A stretch of 63,466 nt of DNA, filler included, from Octopus bimaculoides (lineage: Eukaryota), in assembly GCF_001194135.2 (NCBI RefSeq). It is 5 parts of 5 records of this genome, joined end to end, with 100 filler letters (N's around TTAATTAATTAA, not from the genome) between each part and the next. Parts side by side here need not be neighbours in the genome. Positions count along the whole stretch, not along the records: positions 1 to 29,363 come from NC_068981.1; 4 more parts are not named here. One strand, written 5' to 3'. Both the position numbers and the translations under genes were made by a program. Below, piece after piece: positions 1 through 13,256 of the stretch (position 1 is the stretch's first letter; each line of letters begins with the position of its first letter). The notes beneath the pieces were generated by a model. The model was not told the DNA's origin. It worked only from the letters and a program-made list of their open reading frames with translations, and searched no databases.

Positions 1-336
1 AAACTTCTCCTCTAGTTCTGATAGTGACTGCGCAATTAGTGCAAGGTCATCAGCATAGAGGAGCTCCCAGGGGCAACCTGTCTTGAATTCCTCTGTGATC
101 GCCTGGAGGACTATGATAAATAGGAGGGGGCTGAGGACAGAACCTTGGTGGACCCCTACCTCTACCCGGAATTCATTACTGTACTCATTTCCAACCCTCA
201 CCTTACTGACAGCATCTCTGTACATGGCTCGCACAGCTCTCACTAACCATTCTTCTATCCCAAGTTTCCTCATTGACCACCAGATAAGGGATCGGGGGAC
301 CCTGTCATAGGCTTTCTCCATGTCAACGAAGGCCAG
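1..336 (-). mobile_element. RTE-clade LINE, reverse transcriptase fragment
   Basis: Minus strand reads AFVDMEKAYDRVPRSLIWWSMRKLGIEEWLVRAV...VGVHQGSVLSPLLFIIVLQAITEEFKTGCPWELLYADDLALI; same family as 60752-62828. The + ORF at 83-310 is only its antisense. Confidence 0.9.
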
Positions 337-734
337 AATTACAATTTGAAATTATGTGATATATTAATGAAGATTACAAATATTTTATGAATCTGTTTCT
401 TATTAAGAGTGATTGAATTATTCGATGCCATTAGAAGCCTCTGGAATGATTAATGTAAATTAAATGAAAAAAAATTCAACTAATTACTTTAGAGTAATTA
501 GTTAAATGAATAGAAGTATTACTTATGGTGAATTTCATACTAGCTAATAATGGGGTAGTAATGTAACTGCTAATGATAATGAGTAATTTGATAGTTCTTA
601 TATCCCCATTCCACTTGATTTTCACAATAAATAAAGTTGATTCTACTTTCAGTATAGGGTCACACCATCAATACACGCATTGTTAAAAATACATTAAAAT
701 AATATTCACACACACACATACACACACACACATT

Positions 735-910
735 GGTGCATGCATAACTGTAGTAAGAATTTGCTTGCTTCCCAACCCCATGGTCCTAAGTTCATTCCCA
801 CTGCTTGCCACCTTGGGCAAATGTCTTCTAGTATAGCCCTGGGCCAACCAAACAACCAAAGCCGTGTAGGTGGATTTGGTACACAGAAAACTGAAAGAAG
901 CTCATTGTAC
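735..910 (+). mobile_element. tRNA-derived SINE family A, 5' part, old copy
   Basis: Degenerate match to the head at 22868 and 26019 (ccttgggcaa..tgtcttcta..tatagcc; gtggatttggta..gaaaactgaaagaag). Confidence 0.75.
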
Positions 911-947
911 ACACACATGCATGCATGAACACACACACACACATACA

Positions 948-1145
948 CATCTATCTATCTATTTATCTGTCTATCTATCTATATATCTATTTATCTGTCT
1001 ATCTATCTATCTATCTATCTATTTATCTGTCTATCTATCTATCTATCTATCTATTTATCTGTCTATCTATCTATCTATCTATCTATTTATCTGTCTATCT
1101 ATCTATCTATCTATCTATCTATATATATATATATATATATATATC
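948..1145. repeat. (CTAT)n microsatellite followed by (AT)n
   Basis: Directly visible; explains the SIYL-repeat ORFs. Confidence 0.95.
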
Positions 1146-1154
1146 TATATAGAT

Positions 1155-1402
1155 GGCACGTAAAAAACACCACTTGAGCATGGCCGTTGCCAGTACCGCC
1201 TGACTGGCCCTCGTGCCGGTGACACGTAAAAGCACCCACTACACTCTCAGAATGGTTGGCATTAGGAAGGGCATCCAGCTGTAGAAACTCTACCAGATCA
1301 GATTGGAGCCGGGTGCAACCATCTAGTTTGCCAGTCCTCAGTGAAATCGTCCAACCCATGCTAGCATGGAAAGTGAACGTTAAACGATGATGATGATGAT
1401 GA

Positions 1403-1405
<3 letters not shown>
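1155..1405 (+). mobile_element. 3' UTR of the RTE LINE (5'-truncated copy) with (GAT)n tail
   Basis: Matches 62570-62828 (ggcattaggaagggcatccagctgtagaaactc...catgctagcatggaaag..acgttaaacgatgatgat). Confidence 0.85.
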
Positions 1406-1441
<36 letters not shown>

Positions 1442-1529
1442 GTATGCATATGTATGTGTGTGTACATCTGCATGTTACTGTCTCCTTGACATCATGTGAT
1501 AGTTGTAAATGATTGTCAGCATAATGCAA

Positions 1530-3050
1530 AAAGTAAGTCCAGACTGGGGTTTTACTCTGGTCGCATGACATCTGACTTGCACCAACTAGAAATGGGTAGG
1601 GATATTTACTGAGTGCAGTATCTCAGTGTCTCTTTTACTTTCTCTTTTTATGTTTGCAAGAATCATGTTAGCCAAGTCAGCAGAGAAGGCATGCTGGGAT
1701 CCACACAGCCCGACAGATGTAAGGCAACCATCCATCAGAGCTTTCATGGATGACCTCATGGTGACAACAACAACAATGCAGAGGATCCTCCATGAACTAG
1801 AGAAGCTTGTGGCATGGGTATGGAGGAGTTTCAAATCTGCAAAGTTTAGGTGCATGGTTTTGAAGAAAGAAAATGTCAAAAATGAATTTTACTTCAAGGT
1901 AGGGGAATATCAGATCCTATTTATTATAAAAAAAACCTGTCTTGGGAAGGTCCTCAACTGCAATCTAAAGGACACTGACTCAATTAAAGCAAGCAGAGCA
2001 GACTTGGAAAGCTGCTTGAGAGCTGCATACAAGTCTGGTTTACCAGGCGGATTAAAGGCTTGGGTAAACTAGCATGGTGTCTTTCCATGAATACGCTGGT
2101 CCCTGCTTGTCTATGACATCTTCATGACAATAGTAAGGGCTTAGAGCACATGGCCAGTAGCCACCTTTGCAGATGTGAGTTTGTTACACAGTTTGAGCAA
2201 TATTGTGTTGTATGAAAGTAGAAGCAAGTACAAGGTCTCATTCAGTTTTGTCAGAGAGGAATTCATGATGTTGCATGTATAAGAACACCTGCAGTACCCC
2301 GGTTCTAGAGACACCAAGGTGTGGTGCAGGGATTGTAGTGAGAACAAGGAGTAAGTAGAAAGCAGAGCCAAGCTGGACCAGTTGGCAGTGGAGCAGCTAA
2401 AATACAAAGCCCAACTTTGGAGGGCATGGCAGGATTGGATTCAGAAGCTTGACAACAACCCATTATGATGTAGTTAGCAAGAAGAAGAGGTAGAAGTAAG
2501 TGCAGGAGGAGACACAAACATCTGTGAAGGAAGGGCAGGCAAGCTGAGTAGTATCTATGAAGAAACATGATGCTTGAAGGATGTGGAAGTAGGCAGTGGA
2601 GTGGAATGTCACTTGGAAGTGGGACCTACAAAGGATCAATTTCTTTATCCAAGAGGTTTATTATGCCCTTCCCAACCCATTAACTTATTTATATGGGGCT
2701 TAGTAGAAATTCCTGCATTACTCTTGAATTCTAAGAACATCTTAAGCAGATGCTCCAAGGTACTGAGTGAAGCACTATCAATGGAGACATGAATAGGTCC
2801 TCAAGACTATCACTGAAGCAACCAGCAAGGAGTTCAGGAAAAAGTGCCAGCATTATAGCCTGGAGTAAAGCCTTTATTGTCAAGAAGGGAGAGAGGCCAA
2901 TGAAAAAGCCCAAAAGAAGCTCTGAGGGGTTATTTTCCATAGTATGGGACTGGGGGATGTAAGCAGACAAAATCCCACTCACAAGGTGCTGATCCCCTTG
3001 GGACTAAAGTATATCCAAGTTGTTTATACAGTGACACCAACCCCAGGACT
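1530..3050 (+). mobile_element. Decayed HERO-like (REL-endonuclease) non-LTR retrotransposon
   Basis: IRAFMDDLMVTTT (RT motif), KSGLPGGLKAWV, PSQPINLFIWGLVEIP..NILSRCSKVL resemble HERO-clade RT and the downstream zinc-knuckle region; multiple stops and frameshifts. Confidence 0.75.
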
Positions 3051-3104
3051 CTATAGTGAACTTCTTAACCACATAGTCATGACTGCTCTAGAGTGTGCAT
3101 GTGT

Positions 3105-3107
<3 letters not shown>

Positions 3108-3162
<55 letters not shown>

Positions 3163-3220
3163 CAGCAGCAGCAGCAGTAGTGGAGGTGGTTGTGGTTGTT
3201 GTTGTTGTGGTGGTGGTGAT
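3108..3220. repeat. (TAG)n/(CAG)n/(GTT)n compound microsatellite
   Basis: Directly visible. Confidence 0.9.
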
Positions 3221-4674
3221 GTTCTGTCTTAGTAATCATTTTAGAAATCACTGACTTTAAACGCTGTATCCTAAAGGAAGACATTAACAAGTTTTGTATT
3301 TTTTAACCTTCCATCAACATCTGAAAAAAGTATATAAATATATGTAGGAAGTGCAACAATTCCAAAGTGAATGAAAGACAAACTTGTAATAAGACTATCT
3401 AAATCTTTGTGCTTAATCTTGCACTATGATTTTAGTTGCAGCCAACCAAAGTTATATACAATCGAATGAAACAAGACAGGTTACCATAGAAACTGACTTG
3501 AAACTGGTATTGACTGGTTGGTTGGAATAAATCCATTCTGTCAACTGCTCTCTGCATAAGCTAAGCAATTTCAAGTGAAGACTGTATTGTCTTCATATAT
3601 TTTACACATTTTACATGTACATATAATGTCCATGTATTTAGATGTGTACCACAAATATGACCACACACACACATACAAACACAGGTGTATAAGCACTAAC
3701 ATTATGAAGCATATATATATGGACACAGTTGTTCCTTCCTTATTTTATTCTATCTATACATTTACCTTTCAGCTTCTCTTGCTTGCAATCTTACAATAAG
3801 GCACTGAGTGGTAGAATTCACAATAGTAGACTTAAGCTAATCAATAGATTTGAGCAAAGGCCATGCAAGAGAACAGATGACAAATTCTTGGAAGAAATTT
3901 GATAGACAAGACCTGATCTATTTACTAAAAGGCAAAAATAAACAAAAAAAAAACAATTCTTCAATATAAGATTTCATCTAGAATATACCCCATCTTTACT
4001 GTCATTTTCTTGAAGAGAAGTGAATTTTTTACTATTTTTGAATCATTAACTATGTCTCCTCAAACCAGTTCTGTGTATGTGTATGTGTGTGTGTGTGTGT
4101 GTGTGTGCGTGCGCCTGTGTGCATGCGTGTTTGTGTGTCTGCACGTGTACAGGCATATGGACACCCTCTTATCTTATATAATGATCTCAGTGCATTCTTG
4201 AGAAGTGAAGTTAAGTGAAACAACGTTATAAGAGGTCATTATTACATGACAGAAAAGAAAATGTTTCCCAGAGTAAACACATGAACACAGCCTAAGACTA
4301 ATTTAGGATAATAAACATAAAATCCCCAATAATTCTATTTTAAGATATTTTTAAATAAATAATGACCAAAAAAAAAAAAAACGATGGTAAATTATTAGGA
4401 TAAATCAGAATCTGAATATGTAAGTATGAGTGGGAAAGTACGTATACACTCATTATACACTCATGTGTAAGATTACACACACATGTATGTATGTATGTAT
4501 GTATGTATGTATGTATGGTTGACACTGCTGATTCATTCCATCACTATGCAGAGTTTCTTGCTTTGTGCAACCATTCAAGCAACAAAAAGATGAATCAATA
4601 AAAGACATATAAATGAACTCTACTGCCTCATTGAGTACTTTTTCTCTGGTTTATATATCCAAACAGATATATGT

Positions 4675-4839
4675 GTGTAGGCACAGGCATGGGCTGTGTA
4701 CTTAAGGAGCTTGTTTCACAATGATGTGATCTTGTGTTAAATCCCACTGCATGGCACTTCTACTATAGCCTCCAGGCTGACTAAAGTCTTGTGAATGGAT
4801 TTGGAAGAAGCTCACTGTGTGTGTATGTATATGTACGTG

Positions 4840-4888
<49 letters not shown>

Positions 4889-5105
4889 ATACCTTTGACT
4901 TGACATCGTGTGGTGGTTGTAAATGAGCATCATGTTTTCAGTCTTCTAGGAAAAACATATCTGGGGATAGGGAAATATCACCTTGCTTGGAAACATGTGA
5001 GGAGTAGCAACAGGAAGGGCACCCGGCAATATAAAATCTGCCTCAACAAATTCTGTCTGACCCATACAAGTATGGAAAAATGAATCATATAATAATAATG
5101 ATGAA
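4675..5105 (+). mobile_element. SINE with family-A head, (TG)n linker and RTE-like 3' tail, old copy
   Basis: Head similar to 22868; tail caacaggaagggcacccggc...gacccatacaagtatggaaaa resembles the RTE 3' UTR. Confidence 0.6.
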
Positions 5106-5214
5106 ATTATTATGTATAGTGCTCAGGTACACCACAACTCATCAAAGATGCATTTATAGTACATAGAATTATGTACAAAAGTCAGGAAAGTGAGCAGTAT
5201 ATGAGTCATGATAT

Positions 5215-6010
5215 ACATGTGTGCATGTGTATGGAGGGGGGATATCAGGTGTAGTGTTAACAAATTTCAGGAAGCATGGAAGTTTTAAAGGATGCAATGT
5301 CTCGACAACTAAGGTAGTTTGTTCCATGCATCAACAACTCTGAGTGTGAAAAAATGTTTCCAAAAGTCATGGGAGCTGTACTGTTTTCTGACTTTGTTGG
5401 CCGATCCATGTATGTTAGACACATGGAGCTCAAAAAGGTGCTCAAAGTGGTTGTTGGCAAAATGGTTACTAATTTTGTGAGTGTTTACCAAGTCAGTTGC
5501 CAGATGTTGGAGCTTCAGTGTATCTATGCCCAGAGAAGCAAGGCATTTAGAGTATGGTAGATGCCTAATGGAGTGTATTGGCTTGGTTGCACATCTTTGA
5601 ACAGTTTCCAGGAGATCAATACCCTGACCAAGATAAGGGTTCTAGACTGGTGATGCAAATTCCAAGTATGGCGGCACCATAGCCACATACAGCCTTAAAT
5701 AGATAGCTGGAGAGTGGATGACAAAGGTCTTGCTGAGTGATGCCAAGACACCCTCGGCCTTCTTGACAATTTTAGAGATGTGCTTTGTTCAGCGCAAATC
5801 GGACAGTAATGCCCTGGTCACGTTCACAAAAAGTCTTCTTAATATTAGTGTTGTGGAGAGAGTATGTGGACGCTGGATTTTTCCTCCCAAAATGCATGGT
5901 GGTACACTTGTCCACAGCCAACTTATCCTGTTTGTGATTCTCTGCTAAACAGAGTCAAAGTATGACCAGGAAGATTGATTGACAAGCCACACCTGATAGT
6001 TCAGCCAATT
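5215..6010 (-). mobile_element. CR1-clade LINE 3' fragment
   Basis: Minus strand: LYVAMVPPYLEFASPV..NPYLGQGIDLLETVQRCATK and HFFTLRVVDAWNKL, typical CR1 ORF2 C-terminus. Confidence 0.85.
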
Positions 6011-6294
6011 CCTTATATGCCATAGGACTGCTCAATTAGTGATTGACCTGGAGTTCCACAATAACACAGATATATACACAAGCCAATGAGGAAGCATTTA
6101 CATGGTCATTCAACCTGCTAGAAATTGCAACCAAATCTCCTTCATATCACATCCAACTATGTTAAAAAGGGGTAAACATGAGACATTTGAGTTCTTGATA
6201 TACAAAAAATGAGATAGTCATATTTTAAATGCTCAATCATTGGACTGCGCAATTAGGGGTGACTTGGAGTTAAACAACACTAGTTTATTATATA

Positions 6295-6500
6295 CATGAG
6301 CTGGCAGGGTCATTAGGATACTGGACAAAATGTTAGTGGTGTTTCTTCTGGTTTTACATGCTGAGTTCAAATGCTACCAAGATTGACTTTGCCTTTCATC
6401 CTTTTGACATCAATGAAATAAGTACAAGTTAAGCAATGGGGTCAATGTAATCAATTAACTCCCTCTCCCAAAATTTCAGGCTTTGTGCCTTGCCTATCTA
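6295..6500 (+). mobile_element. tRNA-derived SINE family B
   Basis: ctgagttcaaat (B box)...gactttgcctttcatcctttt...aaaatttcaggctttgtgcct. Further copies near 11020-11225 (+), 15385-15590 (-), 15950-16350 (+), 20660-20845 (-), 26645-26770 (+), 27805-27870 (-), 55145-55345 (-). Confidence 0.8.
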
Positions 6501-6692
6501 TAGTAGTTAAGATTATTGATATATATATGAGCCAATAAGAATAATATAATTGCTTAGGATTGTTAGGATTATACACAAGTGACAATGAGGAAACCTCTAC
6601 ATGGTCACTCTGCTTATTAGAAATAGCTACCGAATCTCTTTTATACCACACCTTACTCTTCAAGAGTCATATTGGATAGTGTTGTACTAGAT

Positions 6693-6936
6693 CAGTGATT
6701 CTCAACCATTTTTTGCCTATAGACCCCGTTAGGTTCCTAATTTTACTTGGATAGACCCTCATAGCCGTTCAATGTTTAAAAAAACAACTATTATATTTTA
6801 ATGATTAAATATTATTAAGAATTGTATGAAAAAATTGTTAAAATGTTCTGAGTATTGTAGAAGTGTAACCAATTTATGGCACAAAACCTTAGATGGACCA
6901 CCCAAGGGTCATGTGGACCCTAATTGAGAACTACTA
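6693..6936. mobile_element. hAT (Charlie-like) MITE
   Basis: TIRs cagtgattctcaacc / aattgagaactacta; 8-bp TSD tactagat (6685-6692) / tactaaat (6937-6944). Confidence 0.8.
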
Positions 6937-8352
6937 TACTAAATTGACTAAGCTTTATTAGAAAAAGTTTGAATGTCTTTCATCACTGAGAACCAGCCTG
7001 GGGCTAAACAAAATAGGCTTATTACATATATGAGCAAATAAAGAAACTTCTACATAGTATTTTTTTATTCTGATCTGCTAAAAATAGAAGCCAAAGCTAT
7101 CTCATATCACGCTTTACTGTGTTAATGACAGAAAGGACACACTGGCTGGTGCTGCATTGGATAGACAATGTTAGAAAAAAAATCAAAAGAAAAGATGGTC
7201 AAGGCTGGAATGACCATGAGACTGTTATCTTTAGCAACAGTAAACAGCTAAAAATATACAAAACAAAGGAGCCTCAAAAGGGTCATTTAATTTTCTAGAA
7301 ATCACAGCCATGGATGTGCAGTTAGGAAACTTACTTCTCAACCATATATGTGGCACCTTGGGTAAGTGTCTTCTGCTATAGCCTTGGGCCAACCAAAGCC
7401 TTGTGATTGAATTTATATCTGTGTGTGAAAGTGTTTGTGCCTCCTTTAACCCTTTAGCATTTAAGCCGACCATATCCGGCATGAATATTTGTTTTAAATT
7501 TAAACCAGCCAGATCTGGCCTCTCATATTCATTTTAAAAGTAAACATTCTAAAAGTAAACAATCTTAAAAAAAAGTCCAAAAGACAAAGGATATGTTAGA
7601 TTATGCAGTCCTAGATTACAACAAAAAAAAAAGGAAAACAAAAAAAGGAGTGGGACTGAACCTGGAACCATTCAGTTGGGAAGCAAACTTCTTACCATAC
7701 TGCCACACCTGTGCCTCTCTGTCCATTAAGCTTTCATTTCTATACTTGGCGTATTGCTGCTTTGTGTCCCCTTTTTTAAAAATCTTTTCCAATGAGTTGT
7801 TGCATACTTGAACACTTGTATACAACAAGTTCATTATTAATTATTATTCAACTCATTACAGTTCCGAGTTCAAATCCCACTGAGGTCAACTTTTGGGGGT
7901 CAATAAAATAAAGTAGAACTTAGGCACTCAGTTGATGTAATTGACTAATACCTTCCCACTAAACATTGGTGGCCTTATGCCAAAATTTGAAACACTTATT
8001 GTTATTTGTCAGGGCCTGACTTAGAGCTAAACTACTACTACTGCTTCTCCTCATTCTCCTACTACTACTAAAAACAGGGAGATTAAAAAGCAAAAAGGAG
8101 TTTAAGGATAACATAAAGCACTTGTACGACAAACTTGATTGTCATAGATAATACACTTCTTCTGGGGTTTCCCAACAAATCTGTTTGTATTAGACTTGAA
8201 CACATTCTGAAGCTAGTGTATGGGTGTATATGAGAGAGAGAGAGAGAGAGTATTGTGTGTGTATAAATGGATGTCTGTGTGTGTGTGTTTTAAGGAATGC
8301 TTTGGCAAATATTCTTCTTAGTTTGATGTTTTTAAAAATTCCTTTGTTTCAG

Positions 8353-8470
8353 GTGGACAGTGCCCATGATAGTCTTACTCCTCCTCCACCATCCTCTACT
8401 GTGGGATTAAGATATTGTGAGAAGTTAACAGAGTTAAGTCAACACTTCATTTGTTTGAACTACTGAAAGG
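8353..8470 (+). other. Candidate exon, product unknown
   Basis: Acceptor ttcctttgtttcag| and donor aagg|gtaaga; frame 0 reads VDSAHDSLTPPPPSSTVGLRYCEKLTELSQHFICLNY then stops 4 nt before the donor. Confidence 0.25.
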
Positions 8471-8734
8471 GTAAGAGGGGAGAAGTGATTATAAAACACA
8501 TAAGCAATGGAAAAGTCTCAGAAGGAGACAAATGTAAAGAACAATGACTGTGTACAAAATGTTCAATTTGACAATACTGATATGATAAAGATTAGAGGGT
8601 TCCAGAATTAGTGGCATACATTCATGGTAATTCAGCTAAAGCAGTACAATGAGAAAGTGACTTCTGGGTGCAGACGTAGCTGTTGTGTAGTTAAGATATT
8701 CATCTTGTAGGTTGAAGGTAATTAAGGCTGATTT

Positions 8735-9450
8735 GGGGCTAAATAACTCTTTCTAAAATTAGCTCAAGGCCAGCAATGTTTTCTTTTTTTTCTTGAGAAG
8801 AGGAGGTCAATCAGTTACATTGACACACCAGTTCTTCACTGATCCTTTATCAACCTCGGAGGGATGAAAGGCAAAACTGACTCGAGCAGAATTTGAACCC
8901 AAATCGTAAAGAGTTGAAAGAAGTGCCAGTAGATAATTTGTCCGGTGTGTTAATGATTCTACCAATTTGCTACCTTGACATGGGACTAAATAATGGTTTC
9001 GAATTTTGGCACAACGCTAGCAGTTTTTGAAGGGAGGGGTAAGTCAATGAAATCAATATCAAAACTTGACTGGTACTTATTTTATTGGCCCCGAAGGGAT
9101 GAAAGGCAAAGTTCACCTCAATTCTAATTCAGAATGTAAAGATGTATGAAATGTCGTTAAGCATTTTATCTGATGTGTTAATGATTCTGCCAGCTTGCAA
9201 CCTTGGCCTGGGACTAAATAATCTTTTCTACTCTATGCACAAGGACTGCAATTTTGGGGGAGGGGCCAGTTGATTAGAACGACCCAGTACACAACTGGTA
9301 CTTAATTTATAGACCCTGAAAGGATGAAAGGCAAAGTCGACCTCGGTGGAATTTGAACTCAGAACGTAAAGACAGATGAAATACCGCTAAGCATTTCGCC
9401 CGGCATGCTAACATTTCTGCCAGCTTTCTGCCTTCCTGGGACTAAATAAT
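8735..9450 (-). mobile_element. Three tandem family-B SINEs separated by a repeated TGGGACTAAATAAT motif
   Basis: Motif at 8735-8746 (variant), 8981-8994, 9209-9222, 9437-9450, with one SINE between each pair. Confidence 0.85.
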
Positions 9451-9479
9451 AGCAACAACAATAATGAACCAATGAAAAT

Positions 9480-9800
9480 ATTCCCCTACATTGTTGCTTA
9501 ATACACTAGAATTAGAAGCCTAATCTCTCTCAAATAACACTTGTTGTCTCAAAAATAGGAAGAATATATTGCATAATGTAATCCTAGATATACTATGCCT
9601 GAAAAAATGTCAGAATGGTCATGGCTGGAATGCCTTCAATCATAAGTCTGCTTAATAAGACCTGATCCAGACTTAAACAACATTGGTGACTCAACAAAGG
9701 AATTATTATGCAGTCACTTGACCTGCTGAAATTAACAACTAGATCTCCCACAAATCACTCACACACTACCATCATAAAAGAAACACACAGTGAGAAATAT
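9480..9800. repeat. Dispersed repeat family D (unclassified)
   Basis: Modules atggtcatggctggaatgcc and acctgctagaaatagcagccaaatctccc recur near 6080-6290, 6580-6680, 7060-7220, 11340-11700, 19080-19200, 24220-24320 in both orientations. Confidence 0.65.
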
Positions 9801-10129
9801 TGTTCTAGATACATTATGAATAAGCAGGCATTTCCCACCTATAACCTCAGGTTAATCCTAACCCTGTGAGTGAACTTTTGTAGATGGGAACTGAGTGGAA
9901 GATTGTGAAATAGATTGTTGGTGTCCTTGGATTAGCAGATGCAATCTGTCACCCAGTTTAACACAATATCTGACACTTGGGTAGCTTTAGCAGAATCAAC
10001 TTTTACAAGAATTAAAATCAGGTCTTATATCAGAAAATAATTTCCTTCTTTCTTCTCACCACTCTCAGAACATCTGAAAAATGTTATGGACACTGCCCAC
10101 CTTCCTTCTGCAGATTTCATCTTTTAGCT

Positions 10130-10515
10130 GTTTCAGACACGATACTGTGGCCATGCTGGGGCAATGCCTTGAAGAGTTTTAGTTGAACAAATCAACCCCA
10201 GTATTTGTTTTTGATTTGATGTCTGGTACTTATTCTGTCAGACTCTTTTCCCAAACTAATAAGTTATGGAAGACATAAACAAGCCGAAATTGGTTGTCAA
10301 GTAGTGGGAATGAGGGGAACCCCCCCCACACACACACACATGTATATACAAGAAGGGCTTCCTCAAAGTTTTTGTTTACCAAAATTCCCTCACAAGACAT
10401 TGGTTAGTACTAGGCTATTTGTAGAAGAGACTCATCAAAGGTGCTACACAGTGGGACTGAACCCAAAACCACATGATTACAAAGCAAGTTTCTCAACCAC
10501 ACAGCTATGCCCTGC
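10130..10515 (-). mobile_element. SINE family A, old copy
   Basis: Reverse complement of 22868-23280 with CpG decay. Confidence 0.75.
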
Positions 10516-10640
10516 ACCAATAAAAAAAAACTTTTAAAATTAGAAATTTAATTTTAGTTCTTTAACATGAATTGAATGTTATATTGTCTCCTTTACTCCA
10601 TTTTAAAAAGTTACATTTCTCTACCAGTGTTGTTGTCTAA

Positions 10641-10865
10641 CCCTTTTCATGCCAACCCATTCAGGACCACCACCCTTAGTTCTGTGATACAAATTTCCTG
10701 TATTAAAGTGATCTACATTAGATTTCTTTATCAAAATTGCATGTTAATTTATACTCCAAACACCAGCTTAATAATGGCAAAATTATTTTATTAAATTTTT
10801 CATTATTTTCAAAATTAATTGAAACAAAGGCAGTTTATTTCATTTGAAATATGGTAACCAAAGGG
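10641..10865. mobile_element. piggyBac-like MITE
   Basis: Ends ctaa|ccctttt ... aaaggg|ttaa: CCC/GGG termini with a TTAA-type target. Confidence 0.6.
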
Positions 10866-11718
10866 TTAACCTCAAGACAGTGCTGATCAAGTCAAACAGA
10901 TTCATAATCAAAAGGTATTTACACAAGAACTGTCTCCTTTTTTTTTTTTTAGTCATTCATAAAGCATCTAAGAGCACATTCCTCATTATATCCATTTTAG
11001 AGAGAAATAGAAGGCAGTGACAAGCAGAATTGTTAGCATGTCAAACAAAAATGCCAGGTGTGGCATTTTTTTCCAGCATTTTTTCCACTCTGAGTTCAAA
11101 TACTGCTGAAGTCAACTTTGCCTTTCATCTCTTCAGGGTTGATGCAATGAAGTACCTGCCATGTACTGGGCTCAGTGTAATTGACTTGTCATTTCCCCTC
11201 AAAATTACCAGTCTTGAACCCTGTAATAGACCAGTTTCCAGATCAGTGAGAATGTGATCTGTGTCACTTATATGCTATGGAAACAGTAACCAGCCTTATG
11301 GATCATAGTGTCCAAGGTTGAAAAAAAAAGTATTGTGTGTGATTTGAAGGAGAACTAGCTATTAATTTTAGCAGGCCAGGCAACCACATAGAGATTCTCT
11401 TGTTGATTAATCAGTGTTATTTAGTTCCGTATCAGGTTTTATTAAAAAGACCTATTGATCAAAGGCAATCCAGCCATGATCATTCTGTCGTTTTTAGACA
11501 CAGTATATCTAGGACTACATCATACAATACAGACTTTCATATTTTGAGATAAGGAGGTGTGATTCGAGAGAGTGATTTGGCTGCTATTTCCAGCAGACAT
11601 AGAAACCACTTAGAGGGATCCTACATTGACTCGTTAGTATTGCTGCTGTGTTTTAGTCTTAGATCAGCCTTGAGTGAGTGAACCTATGTTTAAAACCATT
11701 CATGTGTAGCCTTGCTTT

Positions 11719-11761
<43 letters not shown>

Positions 11762-12560
11762 ATTTTTAACCTATAATACATCAATATTACTTCAGTTTCT
11801 AAGACAAAAGAAACAGTTTTACCTGACTTAAAGGCTAAGTTACATGAGAAGACCAGAATTTGGACATAGTGGTTATCAGAGGCAGGTTTAGATGTATTTT
11901 ATAGGAGCCCTTTCTTGGTAGTAGGAGCGTGCTCTTAATACCATTCTTCTGCTTGACAAACTTCAAGCCTTCTCTCACACACACACACGCGCGTCTGAGA
12001 GAGAGATTACACACATACACCACACAAACACACACACACACATATACATATATAAACATGTAGATATTTATATCAATGAATATACTTTATCTATATTGTT
12101 GTATTTACCATTAGATATATCTATTAAATATTTTGTAATTGTTTGTGTGAGAGCTGGGATTGGCTGAATTATTGATGACATCGCAGAAAGAGAAACACAA
12201 GAGGGAACACCAGGAAAAGAGAGAACAGACAGAGCAGAGATGAGGGAAAGTGAAGTAGTGGTATATAAGCAGACAGCAGTAAGAGAAGTGAAAAAACAAA
12301 TGAGAGATCAAGCATATTCTTTTATTCTTTTACATGTTTCAGTCATTTGACTGCGGCCATGCTGGAGCACTGCCTTTTAGTCAAAGAAATCGACCCCAGG
12401 ACTTATTCTTTTTGACCCTAGTACATATTCCATTGGTCTCTTTTGCTGAACCACTAGATTACGGGGACATAGACATGCCAGCATCAGTTGTCAAGCGACG
12501 GTGGAGGGACAAACATATACACATACACACATATATATGTATACTGTATATATATATAAC

Positions 12561-12867
12561 GTGGAGGCGCAATGGCCCGGTGGTTAGGTCAGCGGACTCG
12601 CGGTCGGAGGATCGCAGTTTCGATTCCCAAACTGGGCATTGTGTGTGTTTATTGAGCAAGAACATCTAAAGCCCCACGAGGCTCTGGCAGGGGGTGGTGG
12701 CGACTCCTGTTGTACTCTTTCGCCCCAACTTTCTCTCACTCTTTCTTCCTGTTTCTTGAGAAATGCTGTGATGGACTGGCATCCTGTCCAGCTGGTGGGG
12801 AACATATACGCCATAGAAACTGGGAAACCAGGCCCATGAGCCTGGCTAGGCTTTAAAAGGGCGGGGG
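12561..12867 (+). mobile_element. tRNA-derived SINE family F (tail type X)
   Basis: A box tggcccggtgg, B box gtttcgattcc; head shared with 48102; tail gatggactggcatcctgtccag, also seen reversed at 36450-36510. Confidence 0.8.
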
Positions 12868-13203
12868 AAAAAATATATATATATATAACNNNNNNNNNNN
12901 NNNNNNNNNNNNNNNNNNNNNNNNNNNNNNNNNNNNNNNNNNNNNNNNNNNNNNNNNNNNNNNNNNNNNNNNNNNNNNNNNNNNNNNNNNNNNNNNNNNN
13001 NNNNNNNNNNNNNNNNNNNNNNNNNNNNNNNNNNGTGTTTGTTCCCAACCACTGCTTGACAACCAGTGTTGGTGTGTAATATATCCTGTAACTTGGCACT
13101 TTAGCAAAAGAGACTGAAAGAATAAGTACCAGGCCTCAACTAAAATGCTTCAAGGCAATGCCTCAGCATGCTGCAGTCTAATGATTGAAACAGGTAAAAG
13201 ATG

Positions 13204-13256
<53 letters not shown>

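Noticed and set aside
8735-9450. CRISPR-like repeat-spacer array
   Set aside because: The spacers are homologous SINE copies over 200 bp in eukaryotic DNA, with no cas genes.
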